From Eledone cirrhosa (lineage: Eukaryota), in contig OZ024740.1 in NCBI GenBank assembly GCA_964016885.1, forward strand, positions 86,118,001 to 86,182,000: a stretch of DNA of 64,000 bases. Direction: 5' to 3'. Position numbers and translations under genes: made by a program. This document shows positions 41,001-54,779 of the stretch, one piece after another. The notes under the pieces were generated by a model that did not search any database, had not been told where the DNA came from, and was given only the letters and a program-made list of their open reading frames with translations. The stretch's first letter is position 1. Each line of letters starts with the position of its first letter.

Positions 41001-43312
41001 TGTTCTAATTCAATCTGCACACGTAATACAGTGTTCTAATTCGATCTGCACACGTCATACAGTGTTCGTATTCGATCTGCACACGTCACACAGTGTTCTA
41101 ATTCAATCTGCACACGTCACACAGTGTTCTATTCGATCTGCACACGTCACACAATGTTCTAATTCAATCTGGACACGTAATACAGTGTTCTATTCGATCT
41201 GCACACGTCACACAGTGTTCTAATTCAATCTGCACACGTCACACGGTGTTCTATTCGATCTGCACACGTAATACAGTGTTCTAATTCGATCTGCACATGT
41301 CACACAGTGTTCTATTCGATCTGCACACGTCACACAGTGTTCTAATTCAATCTGCACACGTAATACAGTGTTCTAATTCGATCTGCACACGTCACACAGT
41401 GTTCTATTCGATCTGCACACGTCACACAGTGTTCTAATTCAATCTGCACACGTCATACAGTGTTCTAATTCGATCTGCACACGTCACACAGTGTTCTAAT
41501 TCGATCTGCACACGTCACACAGTGTTCTATTCGATCTGCACACGTCACACGGTGTTCTATTCGATCTGCACACGTCACACAGTGTTCTAATTCAATCTGC
41601 ACACGTCACACAGTGTTCTATTCGATCTGCACACGTCACACAGTGTTCTAATTCAATCTGCACACGTCACACGGTGTTCTATTCGATCTGCACACGTCAC
41701 ACAGTGTTCTAATTCAATCTGCACACGTAATACAGTGTTCTAATTCGATCTGCACACGTCATGCAGTGTTCTAATTCGATCTGCACACGTCACACAGTGT
41801 TCTATTCGATCTGGACACGTCACACAGTGTTCTAATTCATTCTGCACACGTCACACGGTGTTCTATTCGATCTGCACACGTCACACAGTGTTCTAATTCA
41901 ATCTGCACACGTCACACAGTGTTCTATTCGATCTGCACATGTCACACAGTGTTCTAATTCAATCTGCACGCGTCACACAGTGTTCTATTCGATCTGCACA
42001 CGTCACACAGTGTTCTAATTCAATCTGCACACGTAATACAGTGTTCTAATTCGATCTGCACACGTCATACAGTGTTCTAATTCGATCTGCACACGTCACA
42101 CAGTGTTCTAATTCAATCTGCACACGTCACACGGTGTTCTATTCGATCTGCACACGTGATACAGTGTTCTAATTCGATCTGCACACGTCACACAGTGTTC
42201 TATTCGATCTGCACACGTCACACAGTGTTCTAATTCAATCTGGACACGTAATACAGTGTTCTAATTCGATCTGCACACGTCACACAGTGTTCTATTCGAT
42301 CTGCACACGTCACACAGTGTTCTAATTCAATCTGCACACGTCATACAGTGTTCTAATTCGATCTGCACACGTCATACAGTGTTCTAATTCGATCTGCACA
42401 CGTCACACAGTGTTCTAATTCGATCTGCACACGTCACACAGTGTTCTATTCGATCTGCACACGTCACACAGTGTTCTAATTCAATCTGCACACGTAATAC
42501 AGTGTTCTAATTCGATCTGCACACGTAATACAGTGTTCTAATTCGATCTGCACACGCCACACAGTGTTCTAATTCAATCTGCACACGTCACACGGTGTTC
42601 TATTCGATCTGCACACGTAATACAGTGTTCTAATTCGATCTGCACACGTCACACAGTGTTCTATTCGATCTGCACACGTCACACAGTGTTCTAATTCAAT
42701 CTGCACACGTCACACGGTGTTCTATTCGATCTGCACACGTAATACAGTGTTCTAATTCGATCTGCACACGTCACACAGTGTTCTATTCGATCTGCACACG
42801 TCACACAGTGTTCTAATTCAATCTGGACACGTAATACAGTGTTCTAATTCGATCTGCACACGTCACACAGTGTTCTATTCGATCTGAACACGTCACACAG
42901 TGTTCTAATTCAATCTGCACACGTCATACAGTGTTCTAATTCGATCTGCACACGTCATACAGTGTTCTAATTCGATCTGCACACGTCACACAGTGTTCTA
43001 ATTCGATCTGCACACGTCACACAGTGTTCTATTCGATCTGCACACGTCACACAGTGTTCTAATTCAATCTGCACACGTAATACAGTGTTCTAATTCGATC
43101 TGCACCCGTCACACAGTGGTCTAATTCGATCTGCACACGTCATACAGTGTTCTAATTCGATCTGCACACGTCACACAGTGTTCTATTCGATCTGCACCCG
43201 TCACACAGTGTTCTAATTCGATCTGCACACGTCATACAGTGTTCTAATTCGATCTGCACACGTCACACAGTGTTCTATTCGATCTGCACACGTCACACAC
43301 TGTTCTAATTCT
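38088..43312. repeat. Tandem satellite, 30/31-bp monomer TTCGATCTGCACACGTCACACAGTGTTCTA(A), about 170 copies
   Basis: Directly visible array with no unique spacers. Confidence 0.98.
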
Positions 43313-43959
43313 ACGGTGTTGTTTTTTATTAAATTGCATTTGTTTTTCTTGTAAAAAGTCATATCCACCTAAGAACATTTCTGACAAACAAGGAGACACA
43401 GGCCTCATTACGATGGTTATGAATATTTTGATATCTTTTCATAAAGAAAAAAATGTTCATGCATGATGAAAGCCGCGTACACAATTTCGAGGGTTATATC
43501 CTCCTTCTGGTGACTTAATTGTACAATATGGGGAGTTAATTACATTTTCGGAAATACAAAGAAGAATATTTTAGCAAAAAAACAAAACAAGTTGAAATTA
43601 AACGGAAAACAACATCTGAACTCCTGGAAATACCATTATACAGATTTCAGCGTCACATGAAAAAGTCAACAACACGCTGCCTTGAGAACCAAGTCTATCT
43701 TGAGGGCATGTAACTTTTCTAAGCATTTCAGCGCTGGAGAGTGGAACTCCCGCAGAATTATCTTACTAATAACTTAATCCCGCAACAAAAACATATATGT
43801 GAACACACATTTTATATGCGTGCAGAGAATGCACATTTGTGCATGCATATATGTATGCCTGTATATATATACATGTTTGTGTGTATTTATGTAAGTGTAT
43901 GTGCAGGTATGTGTTCATGAATATAAGATGTATATAATTGTAAAATTCATTTTTATATG

Positions 43960-43992
<33 letters not shown>

Positions 43993-43995
<3 letters not shown>

Positions 43996-44190
43996 TCCAT
44001 TACCAAAGGTTTCTAGATCCCAGACAATAATAATATACGTCTCGGTCCAGACATATTATTATTGTGTCGAATCCAGAAACCTTTGGTAATGGAGTAGTTA
44101 TATTTTGTGTTGTTCACTTTCTGATTAAATAGTTCTGTTTTCTACATAGATCACTCTTTTTTCCTTTGCTTTTCCTTCGGAATTATCTAA
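43993..44190 (+). mobile_element. PLE pLTR fold-back related to the 10114 element
   Basis: Arms ACTCCATTACCAAAGGTTTCT / AGAAACCTTTGGTAATGGAGT; tail CATAGATCACTCTTTTTTCC resembles 10397-10417. Confidence 0.65.
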
Positions 44191-44427
44191 CACACACACA
44201 CACACACACACACGAACATATATATATATATAAATATATATAGAGAGAGAGATAATTATTTCAGAGATTTTTGTGTCTTTTATGTCTCACGTTCTTTTTT
44301 ATGATTGTATCCGAGAGAGCCTAATTTTGAAATAGAAACTGTTGTTTACCACTCCTGTGATTCTCTCTCTTTCTCTCGCTCCCTCCCTTTATATCTGTCT
44401 GTCTATCCATTTATAACCCCCTCTCTC

Positions 44428-44467
<40 letters not shown>

Positions 44468-44468
<1 letters not shown>

Positions 44469-46608
44469 TTTAAAAACACCAAATAATCAATGTATTTTCA
44501 AACTGACATATGTTTCAGCCAATCTGAACTTCGTTCCGGGTCATAGAACTGCAGTTGAAAAACCCTCAAAATTGAAAATTTTTAAATTCTAAAAAAATAA
44601 AAAAAATAACATTTTTATAGAATTGTTTTATAGTTTTATAACATGACATTCAGGAGTTGCTTCAAGGTCGGATCATCAGAGTTATTTTTGCAAATCGATA
44701 TTTCTTAACTCGTATATTAATCACAACAATGACAACAATATCGACAGAACGACAGACAGCAAGAATACTCAAGGAAGTAGGAGCTTTCAAGAAATCTCCA
44801 ATAACTATAGATTTTCTTCACAAGAAAACGAAAAGGGTTCCTTAAAAGTCTTTTTCATGCAAACCCTTTCTAGAACAAAAGCAAGACTGGCTTCAAAAGA
44901 CAGTATAAAAATTAGTTAGAGTGTGGTGGCTGTCGAGGTATAATAGGTTTTGTGAGAAAGTTACATATGTAGAGTCATGATTAAATAGAGCTTTTCATTA
45001 ATGACGTCCTGGTAATATATCTTAAGGAAGGTAATATACATGGTTAAAATTTGTTTTGGTAATATCAGTTGCTTTTGTTCTTGAAAAAGTGTGTCTGAAA
45101 AAGATTTTTTAAGGAACCCTTTTCGTTTTTCATGTTATTGCTGTTATCGTGTGTTGTGTTTCCATTATATATGTCTGTCTGTTCCTTTGTCTGCTGTGGG
45201 TTACTGGGGTGGTGTCTATTCTGTGTATTATTCACTGACCTTACTACGTTTCCGTAATATTCTGTGTTATGTTCGTTAGTGTGTGAGTTTTCGATATGTT
45301 CAATTTTCAAATTTGTATAATTAATCTTTCTATAATTAATCCATCCTTTGGTGGTAGAGTATGATAACTGTGTGTCTATTAAATATTCTGCTGTATCTGT
45401 GATTTGGGGAAACATTTATCTAGTGCATTGAAGATAAAGTCGAGCTATGCTTGTTTGTAGCACCGAGGATTTGGGTGGGTATACCATAGGACAATATACC
45501 AAACGCGATCTGGTTCTGTTCCGTTGAGGCCTGATTTCCTTGGATTAGCTATATATATATTTTCTTTTTGGGGGGAGGGGGGAGCCCTCAGGTGTGTACT
45601 ATGGGATGAGGAGGGCGTGTTATGTCTAGTATTGTAGCTAGTCGTGGTGGGGTTTCTGTGTCCCTGGGCTTGTTAATCTCGTGATAGTAGTGATACTATG
45701 TTTAGGACATGCTGAGTTTGATTTATCTCTACTATGTTTGCTTTGGGTACCGCTGGGTATATTTTCAGTTAGCATGTTCAGACTGGTGTTTGTACTATGA
45801 GTTGATTTATGCTTATGTATGAGTGTGTCATTAATTCTATCGCTTCCAATGTATTCTATTTTATCCTGGTATCCAGTTCTAGCTAATACGTTATTGTAGT
45901 AACTAGCTTTGCTATTGAAGATGTCCGTATTAACTGAAAGACTAGAGATCCTCTGTGCTACGCTATTGACTACGGCCTTCATTACTGTTCTAGGGTGGTT
46001 GGAGAAGTAGCTAACGTAACTAAGGTTTTTATTTAATTCATGGTGTTGGTAATAAAGGCCGGAATCAAGGTTTAGGGTTATGTCTAGGAAATTGGCTATC
46101 TTACTGTTTGTCCCTACTTCTAGTTTAAGACCGTAATTACCAAAAACATTGATTAGATGTTATTGAAGAGTAGAAACCTGTCCTGTCAAGTTGTATGAAT
46201 TTAGTTTTCTCCTTGTTTTCTAGGTCGGCAAACCCTCCTATGACCTGATTGGTTCTGGTCGACAGTTTTAGTTGGGTCCTCCGCTTCAACAAAGGGATGA
46301 TCCTATCGAGTATACTTTTACTCACAATTCCAATGTCGGATTTGGAGGGTGCGATTAGTATAACTGGTAATTTGGATTTAAAATCCGGTTTGCGATCCTT
46401 AATACTTATTCTAGGAGTTCAAGGTATGTAAAGTTCAGTCGGGAGACGCCATAGGTAAAAAACGTTGTTAGAGTATAAGGAACTTTATTATATATAGAAA
46501 TTTCTGCTACGGGACTCGAACTGTTTCATTTGTATGAAATCATCAGAATCTCCTAATGATTTCATACGAATAAAACAATTCTAGTCCTGTAGAAGATATT
46601 CCTATATA
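44468..46608 (-). mobile_element. Heavily decayed PLE (same type as 19690-21490) with pLTR fold-back at 46450-46608
   Basis: LIAPSKSDIGIVSKSILDRI, KFIQLDRTGFYSSI, NFLDITLNL, QRISSLS; HHR-like CTGATGA..GAAAC on - strand at about 46510-46550. Confidence 0.7.
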
Positions 46609-46611
46609 TCA

Positions 46612-46930
46612 ATGGCACTCCGTCGGTTACGACGACGAGTATTCCTGTTGATACGATCAGCAGAACAAACTGCTCACAAAATTAATGTCCAAGTGGCTCA
46701 GCATTCCACGAACATGCGTACCCTTAACGTAGTACTCAGGGAGATTTAGCATGACGCAGAATGTAACAAGGCTGCCCTTCGAATTAAAGGTACAATTTAT
46801 TTTTGCCAGCTGAGTGAACTGAAACAACGTGAAATAAAGTGTCTTGCTAAAGGACAGAACGCGCCGCCGGGATTCGAACTCACAACCGTACAATCGTGAG
46901 ACGAATACCCTAACCCCAAAGCCACTCGCC
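46612..46930 (-). mobile_element. tRNA-derived SINE (Meta-like central domain, RTE-like stem-loop tail)
   Basis: Reverse complement GGCGAGTGGCTTTGGGGTTAG..GAGTTCGAATCCC..GTCCTTTAGCAAGACACTTT..CACTCAGCTG; ends CTCGTCGTCGTAACCGACGGAGTGCCA. Confidence 0.72.
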
Positions 46931-47022
46931 TATATGTATATATGTGTGTGTGTATGTGTGTGTGCGTGTGTCATAAGAGAGAGAGAGAGAGTTAGAGAGA
47001 GAGAGCGAGAGAGAGAGAGAGA

Positions 47023-47077
<55 letters not shown>

Positions 47078-47092
47078 GGAGAGAGAGAGAGG

Positions 47093-47147
<55 letters not shown>

Positions 47148-47572
47148 CAACAACTTTATTTACTTACACTCTTTACCATTTCAGAGAACCATAAGTATAC
47201 TAGACTTGAAAAATGCGCAAGCTCAAAAGTGCCACAGAATGTTATAATAAACCTTCAAAAGTGTGGGACTAGAGTTGTTGCTCAAAAATATTGTAATCAT
47301 TATCTATCATACACTCTGTGGCATCCTTTTATAAAAGAGAGACTCATAACGAACTGAAGACGACACGATAATTATTTAAGTGAATTTATAATATAGAATT
47401 CGGTTTAAGTGCATTTCGTATTAATCATTACTAAACATCTACTATGAGATATTGGACATTAGCTTAAACCTACCATGCCTTTCTGTTTACACTATTTCAC
47501 TTAGTTCATTCTTAGAGTGTAACATATAAAAATATGATTTACAACTATAAAATAAATAAATTATTATAATAA

Positions 47573-47660
47573 CAGGGCTGCGGAGTCGAAATTTAGGAAA
47601 TAATGGAGTATCGGATCCGGAGTTGGAGCCAGTCAATTTTTGGCCGACTCCGGCATATTG
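47573..47660. mobile_element. Small GGAGTC-repeat MITE
   Basis: CAGGGCTGCGGAGTCG ... CGACTCCGGCATATTG imperfect TIRs. Confidence 0.45.
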
Positions 47661-48656
47661 AAGTTATTAATAAACCTATTTTACACTGCATGCAAATTAC
47701 CATGAGATCATGATATTAGATATAAGATACAGCCGAATATCTACATCTGTAAAAGTACGGAAGTGAAGTAATGATAAATGGCTTAAGGTAATTCCAATAT
47801 GAAAGTTTGCAGTGATAAAAATTTGATGACACAATACGATTGTTTATGTTATAGTTCGATAATAAAAAATAATCTAACATAATAATAATAAAATAATCTA
47901 ACATCGAACAACAGTATGGACAAATATACAAGTAAATATGATACAACCAATATTATAAGCATGTTATATAAAGAAATGTTGTAATTTAATATATAATAGT
48001 TAATAATTACTTTTACAAAACCATATTGACAAATAGACAAGTAACTATTACCTATATAATTAATACAAAAGTAAATAAATATGATACAATTAATATTAGA
48101 AAATGTACTATAAAGATATGTTGTAAATAAAAAAAAGTTTATAATTTATTTAAATATATTTAAAAAATATAAGATTAAAATAAAAAAATTAAAAGAAAGC
48201 ATAAAATACAAAAAAAATTATAGTTGACACCAAATTGCTAGCCATAACCGCACAATGTGCAGATATATAATTTTAGTCGGCCATATTAATCAAAAGTGAC
48301 AGAGGATTACGGAGAGATACTGAACAGCAGCTAGTATAGTTCAGTGACAAAATGGTCACAAGAATCTGGTCGAGTGACATGCCTTTCCAATGTTATAGCA
48401 AAAATGGCCGTAGTAGCTGCAAACCAATTTCACAATTTCCCGAGGCTCAAAAAACGGCACTCACTCACCATTAAGATAATATACCTCAATGGCAGGACCG
48501 AATTCATATTATTCCAATAAATTCAGAAATGCCCTAAAGCAATTCAAATAAAGCAATATTTAGAGATAACAAGACATCTCTCAACCTCTGTCCCTTTTTT
48601 TAGGATCAAGCAAATCTTTCAAAAAATGCTTGTTGCTATACATCGGCCGTGAAAAT

Positions 48657-49856
48657 TCAATTCAACTTTTCAAAAAACAACAGGTAGTTGTAAAGCAGTT
48701 TAGACGGGAAAGCTATATACTGCTTGGAAAAGACGGCATCGTTAATGATGTCCCATATGTCCTGGTTGCGGACGATGCTGGTGTAGTGCCCGGAGTCTGC
48801 ACTAGTCAGTGAATGCAAGACGGAGCCGATCAGTCGGAATTTCTGGCCGTAAATGTTCTGCTTGTTCGGAGAGAAGTTCATCAACTCCGAATCAATTCTG
48901 ACCATGTGATTGTTTATATATTCGAATCTATTCAAATAAACAACCAGGTAACGCATTGTGTTTGGAAATACATGGTTAACTGTACCAATGTGCTCGGTGT
49001 CAATGCCGCACAGATCGCATTTCTTAATGATCGAAACATCAGTTTTGAGAAAACTTTTGAACTGCTGCCGACCATTAATAGGATGCAACGTCAGATCAGA
49101 CTTGACATCAGTTGTATCTGTGCAAGTGCCACAGCCGTTGATCGACGCACAAGAACACTCATCATTGTGCAATGTGGGGCAATTGGCCCCGTGCTTTCTA
49201 GTGCACCTGAGCAAAGTATTTTCCTCAAAGGTGAACAGTTGTTTAATATTTTTAGGCAATAACTCATAAATGTGCTTCCAAAAAGTGTGCGCACACTGTT
49301 GGGTTCCATCGTTAAACCTGCCGCCGATGACATTTCTCAAATTTGCTACCGATTTAGTTCCAGATGACGATATAATGTCTCTAATTTCACGAATAGCAAC
49401 ATCATCAGTGGACTGAATGTGTTCAACCAACAACAGTAGCTGGCGTATAACTTGCATGGTGCTGTTTACAAAGCAAGCATTTCTCTCATTGATCAGCGAG
49501 ATGTACGGTTTTGCAACCGTTTCGTCAGTTCTGACCTTTTTCGAATTCGCCAAGTTGACCATTTCACTGTTAATATTAATAGCAAATTTATTCTTTTTAG
49601 TTGCTTTTTTGGCCTGTCCAATACTGTTAGGCCTCACGTTACACAATGGAAGCGGTTCTATATTAATGCTATCTCTCAAATAGTTGGATTCTCTCGAAGC
49701 ACTGGAATCACACATGATCAAACTCGTTGGATCAAGATCAATTAAGTAAACATTGCACAGTTTGCGGGCTCTAGACAAGGCCACATAGGCCATACCCTCT
49801 GAGAAAACGCCAGTGCCCAAATCAACAACGACTCCATCGATGCTTATTCCCTGCAA
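48657..49856 (-). CDS. Pif1 helicase C-terminus fused in frame to a USP/UCH peptidase C19 domain
   Basis: QGISI..YVALSRAR, then Cys box LINERNACFVNSTMQ, QQCAHTF, CGTC/CDLC, LVVYLNRF, His box GSVLH..SGHYTS, W..INDA. Confidence 0.85.
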   Translation of the reverse strand: MQGISIDGVVVDLGTGVFSEGMAYVALSRARKLCNVYLIDLDPTSLIMCDSSASRESNYLRDSINIEPLPLCNVRPNSIGQAKKATKKNKFAININSEMVNLANSKKVRTDETVAKPYISLINERNACFVNSTMQVIRQLLLLVEHIQSTDDVAIREIRDIISSSGTKSVANLRNVIGGRFNDGTQQCAHTFWKHIYELLPKNIKQLFTFEENTLLRCTRKHGANCPTLHNDECSCASINGCGTCTDTTDVKSDLTLHPINGRQQFKSFLKTDVSIIKKCDLCGIDTEHIGTVNHVFPNTMRYLVVYLNRFEYINNHMVRIDSELMNFSPNKQNIYGQKFRLIGSVLHSLTSADSGHYTSIVRNQDIWDIINDAVFSKQYIAFPSKLLYNYLLFFEKLN

Positions 49857-51226
49857 CTTGTGGATAGAAATTGCATATGCAATGAACAGGGGATATAGTT
49901 ATCTAGTGATAAAGACACCAGGAGACAATCGTAATCGGCTTTGACAGGTTTGATGGCAACGATTTGGTTTGTACTCTCAAAGAGAACGTCAATGGAAGTA
50001 ATTTTTCCAAACTCATAATTGAGTTGCTTTACAGTTCCTATTGCACCGTTGCACAAGCCTTTGCCAACGTCCATGTTGCGTTTAAGCATAACTCGAGCAT
50101 TATCGCCAACTTTAAGAACAGTTTCAAGGCCAGCAGTATCAGAAGCCTTGGTGGTCAAATTTTTACTTTTAGTTTTCTTTTGATCTTTGGTTTGCTTCAC
50201 ATTCGAATCAATAGCTGTAAGTTCGACAGTATTAATGCCAAGTTTATCGAGCATTACAGCGTTAAACTTTTCTACTGACTCGTTTAGAGGCCTGATACAG
50301 ACTATACTCAAATCAAAAGTCTGTGTCAGCTCCCACATTTTGTAAGCAACCTGATCAATGGAAGCTTTGCCATTGAGATCAATTCTGTGCTCATTCAGAA
50401 TTTGAATATCAGAGTCAATCGGTGAACCCAATCTGATTCGGCCGAGCATGTTAACATAATTATCCGTGTCGTCTTTCTGACCCATGTTGACTGTCAACTC
50501 GTCGTACTTGAAGTACCTCCACAAATGGTGGCTGCTGACGCCTATGCACGATCTTTGTGCATCTTGGTGAGTAACTTTCTTAAACACCGGCTTTTCTCTA
50601 ACAGGTGGTAATTGAAGCAAATCTCCAAAAACAACAGCGTTCATGCGCCCCAAAGGAGAAATGCCTTGGTTAAAATCACAAAACAATTGGTACAATCTCA
50701 AGGGAATGAATGCGAACTGCAAGTGACTGACCATGCTAATCTCATCGATTATAATCTGTCGGACATACTGAAGCCCCATCCTCAGCATTTTCAAAGATTC
50801 CTTTGGTAGATCATCATACACGGGAGTTTTGCCGTGCTGCACGTTGAGCTTTAGCATCCGATGAACATTGCATGCCGTTGAGTTGGAAAGCGGCCACTCC
50901 CGTGGGAGCCGATATCACGACGCTCGGGCCATTGTCATTTGGATACATGTACTGAATTTTATCAGCCAGTACATTTATCAAAAACTCTTGCCCGTGCCAC
51001 CCGAAACAAATTTCAAGACTTGTGGACAATCATCGCAACTACATCTCGGATAAGGTTTGTTGTTGTCCCAATGTTTGTCTTGTTTGTCAATACCGGCAAC
51101 GATATCGTCATAACTTTTTCTTTGCACTTCATTGAGTTTGCTTTCTTTATCTCTCAGTGCATCCTCAGCGACATCTCTCATGCAAGGCAAATCGTCATTA
51201 GCATCATCAACTGCCAACGCCTCCAT
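49857..51226 (-). pseudogene. Pif1-family helicase (frameshifted)
   Basis: GGTGKSF, SAPTGVAA, IIIDEISMV, FGDLLQLPPV, VMLKRNMDVGKGLCNGAIG. Confidence 0.92.
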
Positions 51227-51313
51227 GTGATCACCGCAAGAATAGTTATCATTGTTATCAGCCTGAGGTTTGTTTGGAATATGTTTGCCTTGTTCCAGCG
51301 CTTTCTCTAAACG

Positions 51314-53090
51314 TTAGCGCACATTCCGGAACCTGACCATTTCAGATAAATTGTTTGCGCACTGTTCAAAAGACTCTTTATAAGTCTGACAACCTCCCAG
51401 AAAGTCTTTTTCCTCGTCTCGCCAAGGTTTAAAGAACATGAGCAGGTTGTGGTGATAGCGCTCACAAGTATCTACAGTCAATCTAATGTTTGGCGACTTT
51501 ACAATCCGCTCTTTGACAGATTTGAAATAGCCAAGATTGTTTCTCAACCTCAAGTCGTCATCAAAATTGCTAGTATCAATTCGTTTCACATGTTCGTATT
51601 TACTCGCAATTTCATACAAACACATGTGCTCCATCGAATCGGGCCTGTTTGGATACCAATTTTAGACCATATTCTCATAATAAAGATCGGGGGAATACGG
51701 GTTCAATTTGTCCAGTTCATATTGAGGCCTGAACCTGTGGGATCGGTAACTAGGCAAATCGGCTCCAATCCAAATTACGCTTTCAGAGCATCCATAGAAA
51801 TGGTGGCCAAGCAATTTGTCCGCAGCCTCATAGGCGCCTGTATCACGCTTGCCCATCAGCTTAAGTCCAGCACACTTGTATCTCGAGTAAATGGACTTGG
51901 ACTTGTCAATGTCAGCCCAAATGCCTAAAGTGTCAGTCTTTTCGGACTTTGTCTGATAACTAGTAACATATCGGTTTAGAATCATGCTATCTTCCCCGAT
52001 GTACTGAATATCGACATTAGCTTTCCAGACACACAGAACAAGAAGATTGTAGTCATTTATGCACTCTTCCCCCTGTCGTCTGTCAAGCTTGTACAACTTT
52101 TTGACAGCTCTACCTTTGTGCCGAGATTTTATACTCTCGTTGACACTAAGCAAATTGAAATTCCCGACGGGACGTGGAAATCCAAACATGCATCGAGTGT
52201 AAAACCGACCACTCGAAAATATTTGCTTTTTGCAGGACCCACTACAGACATGTCGTTGAAAGCGCGACACCAAGTCTGACAAAACGGGATTTCTACATTG
52301 GACGCCATGCGACAAGTGATCATGGACTGTACAGACGTCTGAATAGCACTCTTGTCGTCTCTTTCCATTATCGAACCATCTTTAATCCACAATTTCATGT
52401 GAACATGCGGAGCACTTCTCAGTTGGTATTCTAACCTCCAAAAAAGTGCTCGACAATACCAAACGTAGAATTGGTGTGCTTAACGAATTCTTCATAAAGG
52501 TGGTAAACCGATGGTGAAAATGCTCGCTAACGGCCACAACGTCATCTCATTGCTGCGTTTTCTAGCAATGTCTGGTATGTCAGCGTTCAACTTTTCCAGA
52601 AACTCTCTCAGATCAGGCCAAAAGTACTCTGCACAAGACAAAGTTAAGAACAAGTGGGTCGGGCCAAATTTCTCGTCCATAGCCATCACGTCTGAACATT
52701 TTCTAGACCAAAAATGCTTGGAACCTCGGACATTGGCCATCATCATATTGAAATTGCCCTCAAGGTGCCTGTCATGTTCATCAAGCCGCCTTCTAAACTC
52801 GCTTATAGTCATGCGGCTGTTTTTGGTGGTCTTCATTATGGTATATATATACCGGAATCATTGCCTCTCTTGTCGGCTTTATCAAGACAAAACGTGAGAT
52901 ATTGTATATCTCGCCGAAATCTAGAGTCGGTATGATTCAGTCTGTTTCTTATGAACATGTATGGCTTTCAGCGCCAAACGGTCTATTGTCCACGAAAATG
53001 CCAAACTGACCAGTTGGATAAAGACAAGGAAAGCACAATAAATCAAGCGTTTTATCATTGTCACAATCAAATCGCCTTCCACTCTTTTCA
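51314..53090 (-). pseudogene. Helitron Rep (HUH, Y2) domain, frameshifted
   Basis: NVRGSKHFW, motif I LFLTLSCAE..WPDL, motif II RLEYQLRSAPHVHMKLW (about 52385-52440), motif III RYVTSYQTKSE, LMFFKPWRDE. Confidence 0.9.
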
Positions 53091-53094
53091 TTTT

Positions 53095-54051
53095 TTACAA
53101 GGCCAAGTCAGTGTCTGAAGGGAGACACGGATTCATCTCTTTAACAGTGTGATGTTCATAGGTAATGCCAGCGTTCGATTTAAGCAAAAGGTTATCGAAT
53201 TTGGCATCATTAACTCCCGAGCACTCTACAATGTTTTCATTCTCCGTATCAGCGTATCGATTGATCTTAACATCGACATACATTACGTTGTTTGTCGCAA
53301 GCCAATCAAGCGCCTTCAATACTTTGCTTATGTCTACTATTGAACGCCAGATAACTTGTTTCCGCGAAGGCAAGCTATCAACGACTATTTTAAGCATGTC
53401 GTCTTGAAGCGGAGGTAACGTATCTACGGTGCGGTTAATAGTTCCGTCCATAGGCAAAGGCAAATGAATCGCAATTCCTTTAATAGCCGAAATGCATGCC
53501 GAAATATTGCCTCTGAACGAGTATGGCACCAGTTTGATGATATTGACAAAACATTTGGCCCGTTGTACAAGTATACGCTCATACGTGTTGAGATCAGCAA
53601 GTTCTTTGGGAACTGCAACAACGTCCAATCCGTTTATCGAAGCCATTGGAGGCACTCCACTCTTTCGCAAATGTGTAGCGCATGTTGTGCACACCGTGCA
53701 AGGTAAAGAGTAGTTAGTAGTTATTGCATGCTTTGCAACGGCCGTTTTAAAATATTTGGAGTTCCAACTATCCCAAACTTTTAGCTCCTTGCTATATTTG
53801 CGCAGTTTGCAGATATCACAATGTTGGATTTTATACTTTCTAATGTCAGATTCAAATCTTTGAACCTGCTTACCATATTTATCAATGATATCTGCATCAG
53901 TGTGTTCGACATCATTGAAAACGGTGCACATACCATTGAATTGAACCGCAATATCACGCTCAATGTTGGCAACGTCAGTCAAATTCTCAAAGTTTGTCCA
54001 ATCGCCATCGAGAACGGCTTCATTGTAGTAGTTGAGCCAAATACATATCAA
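53095..54051 (-). pseudogene. Cys-rich pre-Rep domain typical of Helentrons (DUF6570-like)
   Basis: CDIC..CTVCTTC..PPMASINGL..VPKELADLN..ERIL, KVLKALDWL..NNVMY. Confidence 0.7.
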
Positions 54052-54779
54052 CCGTATATTGTATATTGTATATTTTTGTCAGCAATGTGCGCAACTTTGG
54101 CGAGTGAACTGCTATCGATTTCAAAAAGCCAAGTTCATAGATGCAGCCAGTTTGAGCAATACAGTGCTGATCATCATCATGAGTAACATTGCAACACTCA
54201 TATTTCTCCATCAACTGCCTTATTTTAGCAACTGTCATATCGGGATTGAGTTTTGCCAGTTTATCGTAAATTCTTTGGCAAAAAGCTGGATGAGCAGCTG
54301 AATCATCTGGACAAGTATCTAGTATGAAGATGCGCAAGTTCTAACCAAACATTTAGACACATCATCATCAGCTCGTCCACATTAGCCATTTCATTCACAA
54401 TATCGTCCGTCTCCTCATTATCGATAACGACTATTCGGACTTTCTCAACGGACAGGTTTTTAAACTCGTCCATTGTCATGTATTCTGCGGTGCTTTTATC
54501 AAAATTAGCAAGCTCATTGGTGAAACTGTGGTAATGTTCATTTCCCCAATAGTGCAACAAACCGTTTTTCAATCAATGCGTGCTCAATCAATGCGTGCAC
54601 AGCTTTAACCTTTATTTTTAGTTGAGCACACAGAAAATTGCGCATACCAACTGCACGTGAATATGTGCCTCCTTGCGAAAATTGGTGTCGATTATCATCT
54701 TTTTATACGACTTAACAAATCTGTAAACCAAGATCTGATGCTGCATCCGGAAGTCAAGCATTTTTTTTAGTTTCCTTAT

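Noticed and set aside
38088-43312. CRISPR array
   Set aside because: Contiguous monomers with no unique spacers, no cas genes, eukaryotic context.
46860-46930. tRNA gene (also 27610 and 36610)
   Set aside because: A/B boxes continue into SINE body and tail; no complete cloverleaf.
48657-49510. Host USP gene
   Set aside because: Intronless, in frame with the transposon helicase and inside a frameshifted element.
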